A stretch of DNA of 64,000 bases from positions 16,603 to 80,602 of the forward strand of contig DASSOE010000111.1 in NCBI GenBank assembly GCA_035700945.1. Direction: 5' to 3'. Below, in pieces: positions 48,013 through 56,821 of the stretch (position 1 is the first letter of the stretch; each line of letters starts with the position of its first letter). This DNA is from Sphingomicrobium sp. Its GTDB lineage: Bacteria > Pseudomonadota > Alphaproteobacteria > Sphingomonadales > Sphingomonadaceae. The notes under the pieces are model-generated. The model saw only the letters and a program-made list of their open reading frames with translations. It was not told the DNA's origin and did not search any database. Made by a program: the position numbers and the translations under genes.

Positions 48013-48164
48013 AGTTCTTGCTCCATTTTTCCAGGGGGTTCGGTTCAAGAACGCTTGAGCCGTGGAGCCGATGCGTGCGGTTGAAAATTTGCAGGCGCTG
48101 GCCGCGAATTGCTGTCAGTCTGCCGCGCGGCCGGCGCGAGTCGGCGCCGCAGGGGGGAAAAGCG

Positions 48165-49757
48165 ATGGCACTCACGCGCCGCGCACTGCTCGAACAGGTC
48201 GGTCGGGCCGGGGGGCTCGGCGCCGCCTACATGGCGATGGAGACGCTTGGGCTGGCGATCCCGACGCCGGCCGGGGCCGAGAATTTCAAGCTGCCGCCGT
48301 CGAGCGGGCGCGGACGCTCGGTCGTCATCCTCGGCGCCGGGATCGCGGGGCTGATCTCCGCCTATGAGCTCCAGGAGGCCGGGTACCGCGTGACCGTCCT
48401 CGAAGCGCGCGACCGTATCGGCGGCCGTTCGTGGACGATCCGCGGCGGCGACCGCATCGTCCAGACCGGGCGTCCAGACCAGCTCGCGACATTCACTCCG
48501 GGCCAATATTTCAACGCCGGCCCTGCCCGCATCCCGAGCACCCACCGGGTCATCCTCGGCTATGCCCGGAAGTTCGCAGTCCCGCTCGAGCCGTTCATCA
48601 ACGTCAACCGCAACGCCGGCTGGGACTTCGGCGGCAAGGTCCAGCCGGAGCGGCGAATGGTCGAGGACATGCGGGGCCACCTCGCCGAGCTGCTCGCCAA
48701 GGCCATCGACCGCAAGGCGCTCGACGGGGTGGTGCCGAAGGACGAGATCGATGCCGTCAGGCAATTCCTTGCGCCTTATGCGAACGTCGGCCGCGACGGC
48801 GTGTATCGGCCCACCGGCCGGTCGGGCTATTCGGTCGACGGCGGCGGCTACGACCACCCTCCCGTGCCGCTTCCGGCGCTGGGCACGAAAGACCTCGCTC
48901 CTTCGGATGCGATCGTCCTGCCGTACCTGTTCGAGCATATTTGGGACATGCAATCGACCATGCTCCAGCCGGTCGGCGGCATGGATAGGATCGCGCACGC
49001 AATCTACGACAAGGTGAGGCCGGCGGTGCGGCTGAGCACTCCAGTGTCGGCGATTCGGCGGGCCGGCGACCGCGTGCGCATCGAGCATGGCCCCGGCAAT
49101 CGGGCTACGGAGGCCGACTATTGTCTCTGCACCATCCCGCTGCCTGTGCTCGCGCGAATTCCCAGCGACTTCTCGCCGGCGAAGAAGGCCGCGATCGCCG
49201 CCGCGCCGGCCTACCTCCACAGTGTCAAGCTCGCGTTCGAGGCGCCGCGCTTCTGGGAAACCGACGACAATATCTTTGGCGGGCTCGCCTGGACCGATCG
49301 CGCCAATGAAAACGTGATGTATCCGTCGGGCGGGATCGGCACCGCGAAAGGCGTGATTGTCGGCGCTTATTGTGCCGGCTGGACGCGGCAGGAAAATCCT
49401 GACGCTTTCGCCGCTCTCTCTCATGAAGAGCGCTTCCGGATCAGCCGCGACTCGATCGAGGCGCTGCATTCCGGCCGCTCACGCCTGTTGGGCAAGGGCG
49501 TGACGGTCGCCTGGGGTATCACCCCTTACTCCGAAGGTGTCGGTCCCTTGTGGGGCGACGCCGATTTCGGCGGCAATCTCGACCGGGGCAGCGTGTACCG
49601 CGAGCTGATCAGGCCCGAAGGCCCGATCCTCTTCGCGGGCGAGCATCTGAGTTATCAGCAAACCTGGCAGGAAGGCGCCGCCACGTCCGCTCACGAAGCG
49701 CTCAAGCTGCTCGAGTCGATGGCGAAAGAGAGGGCACTCGCGGGCGCGGCCGCGTGA
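48165..49757 (+). CDS. Tat-exported flavin-dependent L-amino-acid/amine oxidase
   Basis: MALTRRALL Tat motif, GAGIAGL, EARDRIGGR, NAGPARIP, FAGEHLS...WQEGA. Confidence 0.85.
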   Translation: MALTRRALLEQVGRAGGLGAAYMAMETLGLAIPTPAGAENFKLPPSSGRGRSVVILGAGIAGLISAYELQEAGYRVTVLEARDRIGGRSWTIRGGDRIVQTGRPDQLATFTPGQYFNAGPARIPSTHRVILGYARKFAVPLEPFINVNRNAGWDFGGKVQPERRMVEDMRGHLAELLAKAIDRKALDGVVPKDEIDAVRQFLAPYANVGRDGVYRPTGRSGYSVDGGGYDHPPVPLPALGTKDLAPSDAIVLPYLFEHIWDMQSTMLQPVGGMDRIAHAIYDKVRPAVRLSTPVSAIRRAGDRVRIEHGPGNRATEADYCLCTIPLPVLARIPSDFSPAKKAAIAAAPAYLHSVKLAFEAPRFWETDDNIFGGLAWTDRANENVMYPSGGIGTAKGVIVGAYCAGWTRQENPDAFAALSHEERFRISRDSIEALHSGRSRLLGKGVTVAWGITPYSEGVGPLWGDADFGGNLDRGSVYRELIRPEGPILFAGEHLSYQQTWQEGAATSAHEALKLLESMAKERALAGAAA

Positions 49758-50218
49758 GCCGCGAGGGCGGATGCGCGTGTGGTGCGGTTCGCTACCGCCT
49801 GAACCGCGAGCCGATGTTCGTTCATTGCTGCCACTGCACCTCGTGCCAGACGGAGACCGGCACCGCGTTCGTGATCAACGCGCTCGTTGAAAGCGACCAG
49901 GTCGAGACGCTGAAGGGCTCGCCCGAGCCGGTGATGACCCCGTCGGAAAGCGGACGCGGCCAGCAGGTCTGGCGCTGCCCGGAATGCCAGGTCGCCCTGT
50001 GGAGCAATTACGGCGGAGCGAACGACGTCCTCCGCTTCGTCCGCGTGGGCACGCTCGATTCCCCGGGCGAGGTCGAGCCTGACATCCATATCTACACGCG
50101 CTCGAAGCTGCCGTGGGTGCGGCTGCCCGAGGGCGCGCTTGCGGTCGCGGCCTATTACGACAGCAAGGAGATCTGGCCGCCCGAAAGCCTCGAACGGCGC
50201 AAAGCGCTGTTCGGTTAG
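49754..50218 (+). CDS. GFA (glutathione-dependent formaldehyde-activating) family Zn protein
   Basis: GGCACG, CHCTSCQ, CPEC; GTGA overlap with the oxidase stop. Confidence 0.88.
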   Translation: MSREGGCACGAVRYRLNREPMFVHCCHCTSCQTETGTAFVINALVESDQVETLKGSPEPVMTPSESGRGQQVWRCPECQVALWSNYGGANDVLRFVRVGTLDSPGEVEPDIHIYTRSKLPWVRLPEGALAVAAYYDSKEIWPPESLERRKALFG

Positions 50219-50967
50219 GCGCCGACGCCGGGCAGCTGCGCGGCGACCTTCGACCAGGGCAGGTTCAGCCAGAAGACGGCGAGCGGGATAGCAACGCTGA
50301 TCGCCGCCATGCCGAAGCCGAGCCGTGTCGCCGGATGCGTGTGGCCGACGATCTTGCGGTCCCACACGAACAGCGGGATGAACAAGGCGAGGCCGAGCAG
50401 CAGCTGGAATGTTATTCCGCCCATCGTCGGCGGAGCGATCGGCAATCGTCCGATTGCTGGCCCCATCATCACCATGATCGCCGCGCTCAGCATCAGCCGT
50501 TTGTGGGACTGGACGTCGCGGCGCTTGTTCCACCCACTCCAAACGACGATCGCGAACGGGACGATCACCGACAGCGGCACGATCGTCCAGGTCAGGGGGT
50601 CGGTGAACGGCGGCTGGTTCGCGCGTGCGACCTGCCACACGGCGGTCAGATACATTACGGGGACGATCAGGATCGCAAGCAGCATGCCGAGCCTGCCGAG
50701 TTGCATGTGCACCGCGTGCCTGCGCGCGGCGATGAGCTGCGTCTGGACCACGATCAGCGCCATCCATGACGTGAACACCAGACCGTGAAAAACCACGGCC
50801 GGCGGAAGCGTCGGGTTCGGCCGCGGATAAGCGGGGACGATGCCTCTCAGGTAGAAGCTCGGCCCGAAGCCGAGCAGGACTACGAACACGAGGAACAGCG
50901 CCATGCGCGAATAGAATTTGCGCTCGGACGCCTTGCGGTCCGTGCCCGACATCACGACAGTTGCCAT
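50215..50967 (-). CDS. hypothetical multi-TM membrane protein with conserved His residues
   Basis: About 6 TM; VFHGLVF, HMQLG, HKRLMLSA, HPAT. Confidence 0.7.
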   Translation of the reverse strand: MATVVMSGTDRKASERKFYSRMALFLVFVVLLGFGPSFYLRGIVPAYPRPNPTLPPAVVFHGLVFTSWMALIVVQTQLIAARRHAVHMQLGRLGMLLAILIVPVMYLTAVWQVARANQPPFTDPLTWTIVPLSVIVPFAIVVWSGWNKRRDVQSHKRLMLSAAIMVMMGPAIGRLPIAPPTMGGITFQLLLGLALFIPLFVWDRKIVGHTHPATRLGFGMAAISVAIPLAVFWLNLPWSKVAAQLPGVGA

Positions 50968-51105
50968 TTTTCCGTCCCCGGCAAATGCTGCTGGGCTGCA
51001 TCTTGGTCGAAACCTTATGGCCGATCAACGACCGTCACGTGACGCTGGCGCAACTTGTTTCGCATCAATAGAACCGCCGACGTTCCGGCCAAGGGGAGAC
51101 CGACG

Positions 51106-51870
51106 ATGCGCCACCTGACCATGCTTGCAGCCGCGTTGGCGCTTTGCGCCTCCACTGCTCCAGTCATTGCGGCGGCCAAGCCGCCGACGATCGCCGCTGC
51201 GGTGGCGGCGCCGGACCGCACGGCGGACAACGTCAAGCTCGACGCCGGCCGCAAACCCGCGCAGCTGCTGCAGTTTCTCGGGCTCAAACCGGGGATGCAG
51301 GTGCTCGACCTGTTCGGCGCCAATGCCTACTGGGCCGAAATCGAGGCGCCGGTGGTCGGACCCAAGGGCCACGTGACAGTCTGGCAGCCGACCCAATTCT
51401 ATCGCGAGAAGACCAAGGCCTCGTTCGAGGCCTTCGCCGCCCGGCATCCGAACGTGTCGATCGTCACCTCGCCGTTCGAAGCTCCGGCGCTGCCCAGCAG
51501 TTACGCCGACTTCGTGATCCTCAATGACAATTATCACGACACCTACTGGCAGAACGAAAAATACGGCATCCCGCAAATGGACCCGAGCGCCTTCCTGAAG
51601 GCGGTCTACGCGGCGATGAAGCCCGGTGCAGTGATCGGGGTGATCGACCATGTCGCGTTGCCGAACGACGACGTGCGCGCCACCGTCGAGAAGTACCACC
51701 GGATCGATCCCGAAGTGGTCAAGGCAGACTTCAAGCGCGCCGGGTTCGTTTTCGCCGGAAGCAGTGACATGCTGCGCAATCCGGCCGACCCGCACAGCGC
51801 CGACCCGTTCGACGAAAGCATCCGCGGCAAGACCGATCGTTTCGTGTTCAAGTTCCGGAAGCCTCATTGA
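51106..51870 (+). CDS. predicted exported class I SAM-dependent methyltransferase (COG4798-like), paralogue of 13922-14668
   Basis: Signal peptide; RKPAQLLQFLGLKPGMQV, NYHD, MKPGA, HRIDP, DRFVFKF. Confidence 0.75.
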   Translation: MRHLTMLAAALALCASTAPVIAAAKPPTIAAAVAAPDRTADNVKLDAGRKPAQLLQFLGLKPGMQVLDLFGANAYWAEIEAPVVGPKGHVTVWQPTQFYREKTKASFEAFAARHPNVSIVTSPFEAPALPSSYADFVILNDNYHDTYWQNEKYGIPQMDPSAFLKAVYAAMKPGAVIGVIDHVALPNDDVRATVEKYHRIDPEVVKADFKRAGFVFAGSSDMLRNPADPHSADPFDESIRGKTDRFVFKFRKPH

Positions 51871-53156
51871 GCGAGACGACCGCCGCATCGACCGAGAAGG
51901 CGGCAAGAAGCTTCCGCGCTTACTGGGCTCTCGCGGCGCTCGTCCTCGGCCTGCTGCTCGGGCTTTTTGCCGACGCATGGCCCGCAAGTGCGCACGATCC
52001 GGCGCTGTCCGTCGCTTCGTTCGTCGGCACCTTGTGGCTGAACGGCCTCAAGATGACCGTCATCCCGCTGGTCGTCACCTTGCTCGTCACGGGAGTCGCC
52101 AGGAGCGCGGAAGCGGCGCGCGCCGGAAAGGTCGCGGCACGCTCGGTGATGTGGATCGTCATCGTCTGCACCGTCTCGGCCGTTTTCGGGGCGATCGTCA
52201 TGCTGCTGCTGACGAATGTCTTCCCGCTTGCGCCCTCGACCGCCGAGGCGCTGCGGAGCGCGCTCGGCGGCATAGAGCCTAAGCCGACGGGACCGCTGCC
52301 GGGCGCCGCCGATTTCTTCAAGAACGTGATCCCGCCGAACGTGATCGCCGCCGCATCGAACGGGGACGTGCTTCCGCTCGTGGTGTTCGCGCTGCTGTTC
52401 GCGCTTGCGCTGACCCGCATCGGCGAGGCGTCGCGCCGGACCGTCGTCATCTTGTTCGAAGCGATTGCGGAAGCCCTGCTCGTGATCATCCGCTGGGTGC
52501 TCTGGATCGCTCCGGTCGGCGTCTTCGCGCTTGCCTTCGCGGTCGGGTCCGAGGCCGGAGGCGCCGCGTTCGCCGGTCTTGGCCATTATATTGCGCTCGT
52601 GTCGGCCGTCGGGTTCCTGTGGATGATCCTCGGCGCCTATCCGCTCGGCATCATCGGGGGCGCCAGGCGGCCGCGAGCGTTCGCGAAAGCGATGATCGGC
52701 CCCCAGACGGTCGCGGTTTCGACCCGTTCTTCGCTGGCGTCGCTGCCGGCGATGCTGACAGCCGCCCAGTCGCTCGGTATTCGTCCGCGCGTCGCCGATG
52801 TGTCGCTTCCGCTCGCCGTCGCACTGTTCCGGTCGACAGGCCCCGGAATGAACGTCGGAGTAGCCTTTTACATCGCGCACTGGCTTGGTCTGGAGCCAAC
52901 TCCGGCGCAGATGTTGGCGGCGGTCGCCGTCGGCGCAGTGATGAGCTACGGCTCGATCAGCCTGCCCGGCGAAATCACCTACATCAGCTCGATCGCACCG
53001 GTGGCGATGGCGTTGGGCGTCCCCATCGCCCCGCTGGCGCTCCTGGTTGCGGTGGAGATGGTGCCGGATATCTTCCGCACGCTCGGCAACGTCACGTTCG
53101 ACGTCGCGCTCGCCGCGGTCGTCGATCGGCGCACGCCGGAGCGGCCCGAAAGCTGA
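51867..53156 (+). CDS. dicarboxylate/amino acid:cation symporter (DAACS)
   Basis: LKMTVIPLV, FFKNVIPPN, STRSSLASLP, RTLGNVTFD; TTG start overlapping upstream stop. Confidence 0.85.
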   Translation: MSETTAASTEKAARSFRAYWALAALVLGLLLGLFADAWPASAHDPALSVASFVGTLWLNGLKMTVIPLVVTLLVTGVARSAEAARAGKVAARSVMWIVIVCTVSAVFGAIVMLLLTNVFPLAPSTAEALRSALGGIEPKPTGPLPGAADFFKNVIPPNVIAAASNGDVLPLVVFALLFALALTRIGEASRRTVVILFEAIAEALLVIIRWVLWIAPVGVFALAFAVGSEAGGAAFAGLGHYIALVSAVGFLWMILGAYPLGIIGGARRPRAFAKAMIGPQTVAVSTRSSLASLPAMLTAAQSLGIRPRVADVSLPLAVALFRSTGPGMNVGVAFYIAHWLGLEPTPAQMLAAVAVGAVMSYGSISLPGEITYISSIAPVAMALGVPIAPLALLVAVEMVPDIFRTLGNVTFDVALAAVVDRRTPERPES

Positions 53157-53348
53157 ACGCCGGCTGACCGCCGTTCGTCGATTCGGCGACACACGAAAGC
53201 CCTCTGTCGCGCTGCCGACAATCCGCTCACGGTCATCGACGCGCAAGTGAACTGGCCCTTGGCGTGCGGCACAAGGAGGCTGCGACGCGGGGCCGAGTCA
53301 GTCCCAATCTTCCCCAGCCGTCCCGCGTCGCAAAAAAGGAGACGCGAG

Positions 53349-53696
53349 ATGTTGAAGACCATTCCGGCCGTTGCCGCGCTTCTCGTCGCCGGTACGCTCG
53401 TCCTGCCGACGGTCAGCCTGGCAGCGGAATCCAATTCCGTCAGGGTGTCCTATGCCGATCTCAATCTCGCATCGGACGCGGGGGCGAACGTTCTTCAGCG
53501 GCGCATCGCCTTCGCAGCGCGCGTGGTCTGCGAATTCGAGGATTCGCGGCAGATCCCGCTGGAGAAGGCGGCCAATCTCTGCCGCAACGATGCGATCCAG
53601 GGCGCCACGCCGGCCTACGAGCAGGCAGTCGCGGCCGCGAGGCACGGGACCGTGACCGTCGGCGGCGCGGCGGCGCTGATCGTCACCGCCCGGTGA
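53349..53696 (+). CDS. UrcA family small secreted protein
   Basis: Signal peptide, VSYADLNLASDAG, two Cys (VCE, LCR); AAGGAG RBS. Confidence 0.85.
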   Translation: MLKTIPAVAALLVAGTLVLPTVSLAAESNSVRVSYADLNLASDAGANVLQRRIAFAARVVCEFEDSRQIPLEKAANLCRNDAIQGATPAYEQAVAAARHGTVTVGGAAALIVTAR

Positions 53697-53712
53697 GTAG
53701 CGGGCCTTCAAG

Positions 53713-53749
53713 CCGCCGCGCGTCTCCCCACGCGCGGCGGTTTTCTTTT
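53713..53749 (+). terminator. Rho-independent terminator after the UrcA gene
   Basis: CCGCCGCGCGT / ACGCGCGGCGG stem followed by TTTTCTTTT. Confidence 0.8.
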
Positions 53750-53750
53750 G

Positions 53751-54497
53751 TCAGCGGCCGGCGATCGCCCGGACCCTGTCCGAATAGAGGCGGCCGACCG
53801 GCTGCTCGGTGCCATCGCCGAGCCGGGCGATCCAGCGTCCCGACTGGTTGCGGGTGAAGCCGGTGATGAAGTCCCTGCGCACGATTGCCGAGCGGTGCAA
53901 GCGCACGAACAACTCGGGGTTGAGCCCTTCCTCGAGCGCCGCCATCGAATGGTGGATCAGCCAGCTGCGCCGCCCGACGTGGAGCCGCATGTAATCGCGC
54001 TCCGCCGAGACCCGGTCGACGTCCTGGGCGGCGATGCGCACCAGGCCCGACAGGTCGGACGCCCAGAATTCCTCGAGCCATTGCGAGCTCTTTCCCGGCT
54101 GCGGTTGACCGGTCCGTTGACGCAAATAAGCCCGGGCGCGGTCGAGCGCGCGTTGCAGCCGCGCCGGCTCGACCGGCTTCATCAGATAATCGACCGCTTC
54201 GACCTCGAACGCCGCCACCGCGAACTGGTCGAATGCGGTCACGAACACCACGGCGGGGGAGGGCTCCTGGGCGGCGAGCGCGCGCGCCACGCCGATGCCG
54301 TCGAGACCGGGCATCGCGATATCGAGCAGCAGCACGTCGGGGTGCAAAGCGTCGGTGAGATTGATCGCGGAATCGCCGTCGCTTGCGGTGCCGACGAGCT
54401 GGGCGCCCTCGGCGCGCGCGAGCAGCAGCTGCAGCCGTTCCGCGGCGAGCGGCTCGTCATCGGCGATCAGGACGCGGAGCGGGGCTTCCTCAGGCAT
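53751..54497 (-). CDS. LytR/AlgR family response regulator (REC-LytTR)
   Basis: IADDE, LLDIAMP, FVTA, YLMKP, FVRLHRSAIV. Confidence 0.92.
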   Translation of the reverse strand: MPEEAPLRVLIADDEPLAAERLQLLLARAEGAQLVGTASDGDSAINLTDALHPDVLLLDIAMPGLDGIGVARALAAQEPSPAVVFVTAFDQFAVAAFEVEAVDYLMKPVEPARLQRALDRARAYLRQRTGQPQPGKSSQWLEEFWASDLSGLVRIAAQDVDRVSAERDYMRLHVGRRSWLIHHSMAALEEGLNPELFVRLHRSAIVRRDFITGFTRNQSGRWIARLGDGTEQPVGRLYSDRVRAIAGR

Positions 54498-55716
54498 TGG
54501 TCTCGACCGGCATCGTCAGGGAAACCTTGTAACCGCCGCCGCTCATCGGCCCGAAGCGGCAGCTCGAGCGGCTTCCGAAGCGCGCGTCGAGCCGCTGGCA
54601 GACATTGGCGAGGCCGAGGCCCGTCCCCTCGTGCGTGGCGGCGGGATGGTCCTCTTTTCCGCCGTTCTTCAGCCGGTTGCTGATTTCGACCACCATCCGG
54701 TGATCGTCGAGGTGGCGCGCCTCGATCCGGATCACCACCGCCTTGCGGCTCTTCGATACCCCGTACTTGATCGCGTTCTCGACGATCGGCTGCAGCAGCA
54801 GCGCCGGAAGCCGCGCCTGCTCCAGCTCCTGCGGCACGTCGATCTCGACGTGAAGCCGGTCCGGGAAGCGCGCCTTCTCGATGTCGAGGTAGAGGCGCTG
54901 GAGGTCGATCTCCTCGGCCAGCGTGACGTTGGCGCCCGGGTCGAGCGACAGGCTCGTGCGGAAGAAGGTGGAGAGCGCGAGCAGCATCGCTTCGGCGCGG
55001 TCGGTGCGGTTCGTCATCACCAGTGACGACAGCGAGTTGAGCGTGTTGAACAGGAAGTGCGGGTTGATCTGGTAGCGGAGCGCGCGGACCTGGGCGACCT
55101 GGGCCGCGGCCTCGGCGTCCGCCGCGCGCCGCTCGGCGCCGTGCGCTTCGGACTGCGCGACCATCGCGATGTAGAAGGCGCTCCATGCGGCGAAGAAGAA
55201 CAGCCACACGACCATGATGTCGGCCAGCGAGCGGAACTGCTCGTAAGGCGCCAGCTCGGTCGCGCGCGGCCAGGTAATCACCACCGGCTCGGCATTCGGC
55301 CGGTCGATGATCGTCTGGTTGCCGAGGTCGGTGACGTGATAACCCTCGCGCGACACGTAGTGGATTTCGTCCTGCGGCTTGTCCTGGAAGCGATCCGCCC
55401 AGATCGCCAGTCCGGACAGGATCGCCGCCGCAATGACCGATGCGGCCCCGGCGATGACCGCCTTGCGGCGCAGGCTCGCCGCCGGCGCGAGGAAATCCAC
55501 CGCGAGGTAGATGCCGAAGGTCAGCACGATGCCGCAGCCGACGGTGAACGATCGGTTGTAGATCACCGTCCACGGGTCCGAGCCCAGAAACGCCCTCGCG
55601 ACAACCGTGAGGGCGTAGAAGAGCCAGAAGCCGAGAATGGATTTGACGGCGAGCGGCCAGTCGCCAAGCCGCGTTCGGGCCGCCGGATGGGGCATCATGA
55701 GCATTGGCTCCGTCAT
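54490..55716 (-). CDS. LytS/YehU-type membrane sensor histidine kinase
   Basis: LRYQINPHFLFNTLN, YLDIEKARF, LQPIVENAIKYG, GLGLANV. Confidence 0.9.
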   Translation of the reverse strand: MTEPMLMMPHPAARTRLGDWPLAVKSILGFWLFYALTVVARAFLGSDPWTVIYNRSFTVGCGIVLTFGIYLAVDFLAPAASLRRKAVIAGAASVIAAAILSGLAIWADRFQDKPQDEIHYVSREGYHVTDLGNQTIIDRPNAEPVVITWPRATELAPYEQFRSLADIMVVWLFFFAAWSAFYIAMVAQSEAHGAERRAADAEAAAQVAQVRALRYQINPHFLFNTLNSLSSLVMTNRTDRAEAMLLALSTFFRTSLSLDPGANVTLAEEIDLQRLYLDIEKARFPDRLHVEIDVPQELEQARLPALLLQPIVENAIKYGVSKSRKAVVIRIEARHLDDHRMVVEISNRLKNGGKEDHPAATHEGTGLGLANVCQRLDARFGSRSSCRFGPMSGGGYKVSLTMPVETNA

Positions 55717-55797
55717 GTCGCAAAATCCGCTTCGCGCAAACCGCCCCTTGCCCGTTGGCAGAAGCGCCAGCGCACCCCGTCGAAAGGGACGGTTTGC

Positions 55798-55823
55798 GGA
55801 ACGCCTCGCGCGCCCTGCTCGTT
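55798..55823 (+). promoter_or_regulatory. EcfG/SigT general-stress promoter GGAAC-N17-CGTT
   Basis: GGAAC 55798-55802, 17-nt spacer, CGTT 55820-55823, about 35 nt upstream of GTG 55859. Confidence 0.7.
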
Positions 55824-55858
55824 ACACGCGGGCAATGTTAAGCCATGGAGATGCTCCT

Positions 55859-56068
55859 GTGAACGACCGCAAGAAGGGCAAGCCGCCGCCGGCCGTGCAT
55901 TCGGCCGCGCCGGAGAAGGATCTGGAGCAAAAGCTGAAGCTCAACCCGAACGACCCTAACCTCAAGGCGGACGTCGGGAGCGATGAATCGATGGACGCGT
56001 CCGATCCGTCGTCGGCAGCGCAACCCGGTTCACAAGAACCGGCGCCCTCGTCGGGATTCCCGGAATAG
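55859..56068 (+). CDS. small hydrophilic, disordered putative stress protein (69 aa)
   Basis: GGAG RBS then GTG; ...KADVGSDESMDASDPSS...; downstream of an EcfG-type promoter. Confidence 0.55.
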   Translation: MNDRKKGKPPPAVHSAAPEKDLEQKLKLNPNDPNLKADVGSDESMDASDPSSAAQPGSQEPAPSSGFPE

Positions 56069-56160
56069 GTACGGCAGCGTTACAAAAAAGCACTGGCGTT
56101 GCAATAAATCAACAATCCACAGTTTTGAGCCCGCGGGTCAATTTCTGGCCTAGACGCGGT

Positions 56161-56256
56161 GACTCCCCTCTGATTCAATCTGAACGGGGGGTGGGACTGT
56201 GGTTAAGTATCTCGCAACCATATCGGCCGCATGATCCCGCCCGGGCAAAAGGAGTC
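56161..56256 (+). promoter_or_regulatory. promoter region with three GANTC sites and a CtrA-like TTAA-N7-GCAACC
   Basis: GACTC 56161, GATTC 56172, GAGTC 56252; TTAA 56203-56206, GCAA 56214-56217. Confidence 0.35.
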
Positions 56257-56262
56257 GGGTTC

Positions 56263-56814
56263 ATGATTACGCGGACCAGCCAGCCGGCAAGCGGGGCGAT
56301 GCTGATCTCCGAAATGAAGGAGTTCGCAGGCTTCCCGAAAGCGACGCAGCGCTACATCCGCCGCTCGCTCGACGTCGCCTACGGCCGCCGCGATGCCATC
56401 GAATGCTGGGCGCGCGACGAAGGCGAAGCCGCGTCGATCCGCGGCCAGGCCCGCCTCTACAAGCAGCTCGACCATCTGCGGATGCAGGTGCCGGACGACA
56501 GCGGCCTCGACATGATCGAGCCCTTCCTGGGCATGCTGATCACCATTTCCGCTTTCGACCTCGGCCAGGACCGCCTGCCGAACTTCGCTGCCTATCGTTT
56601 TCTCTACGAGCGGCTGATCGGCGCAGCCTCGCGGCCATGGCTGCCCGCGGCTTTCTGCGCCGCCGCCGCGCTCCCGCACCTTCACCCGGACCGCCGCCGC
56701 ATCCTGCTCCAGTCAATCAGCGAGAGCGCCGCGACCGCGCCCGGCTGGTCGAGCCGCGAGCCGGTGTTCTGGCCCGAGTGGGTCGAGAAAGTCGATCTGA
56801 AGGCGGCGGCTTAA
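56263..56814 (+). CDS. conserved hypothetical cytoplasmic protein
   Basis: AAAGGAG RBS; core-type codon usage; EMKEFAGFPKATQRYIRRSLD, YRFLYERL, FWPEWVE. Confidence 0.75.
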   Translation: MITRTSQPASGAMLISEMKEFAGFPKATQRYIRRSLDVAYGRRDAIECWARDEGEAASIRGQARLYKQLDHLRMQVPDDSGLDMIEPFLGMLITISAFDLGQDRLPNFAAYRFLYERLIGAASRPWLPAAFCAAAALPHLHPDRRRILLQSISESAATAPGWSSREPVFWPEWVEKVDLKAAA

Positions 56815-56821
56815 GCTGTTG

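Noticed and set aside
48013-48090. EcfG promoter for the PA2169-like gene
   Set aside because: CGTT is present on the minus strand but there is no GGAAC at 16-17 nt spacing
48095-48115. Sigma54 promoter upstream of the amino-acid oxidase (TGGC...TTGC)
   Set aside because: GG-to-GC spacing is 9 nt rather than the required 10
53157-53280. LytTR direct repeats upstream of the UrcA gene
   Set aside because: Similar words (CGTTCGTCGA, CGGTCATCGA) occur but not at the expected 21-22 bp period
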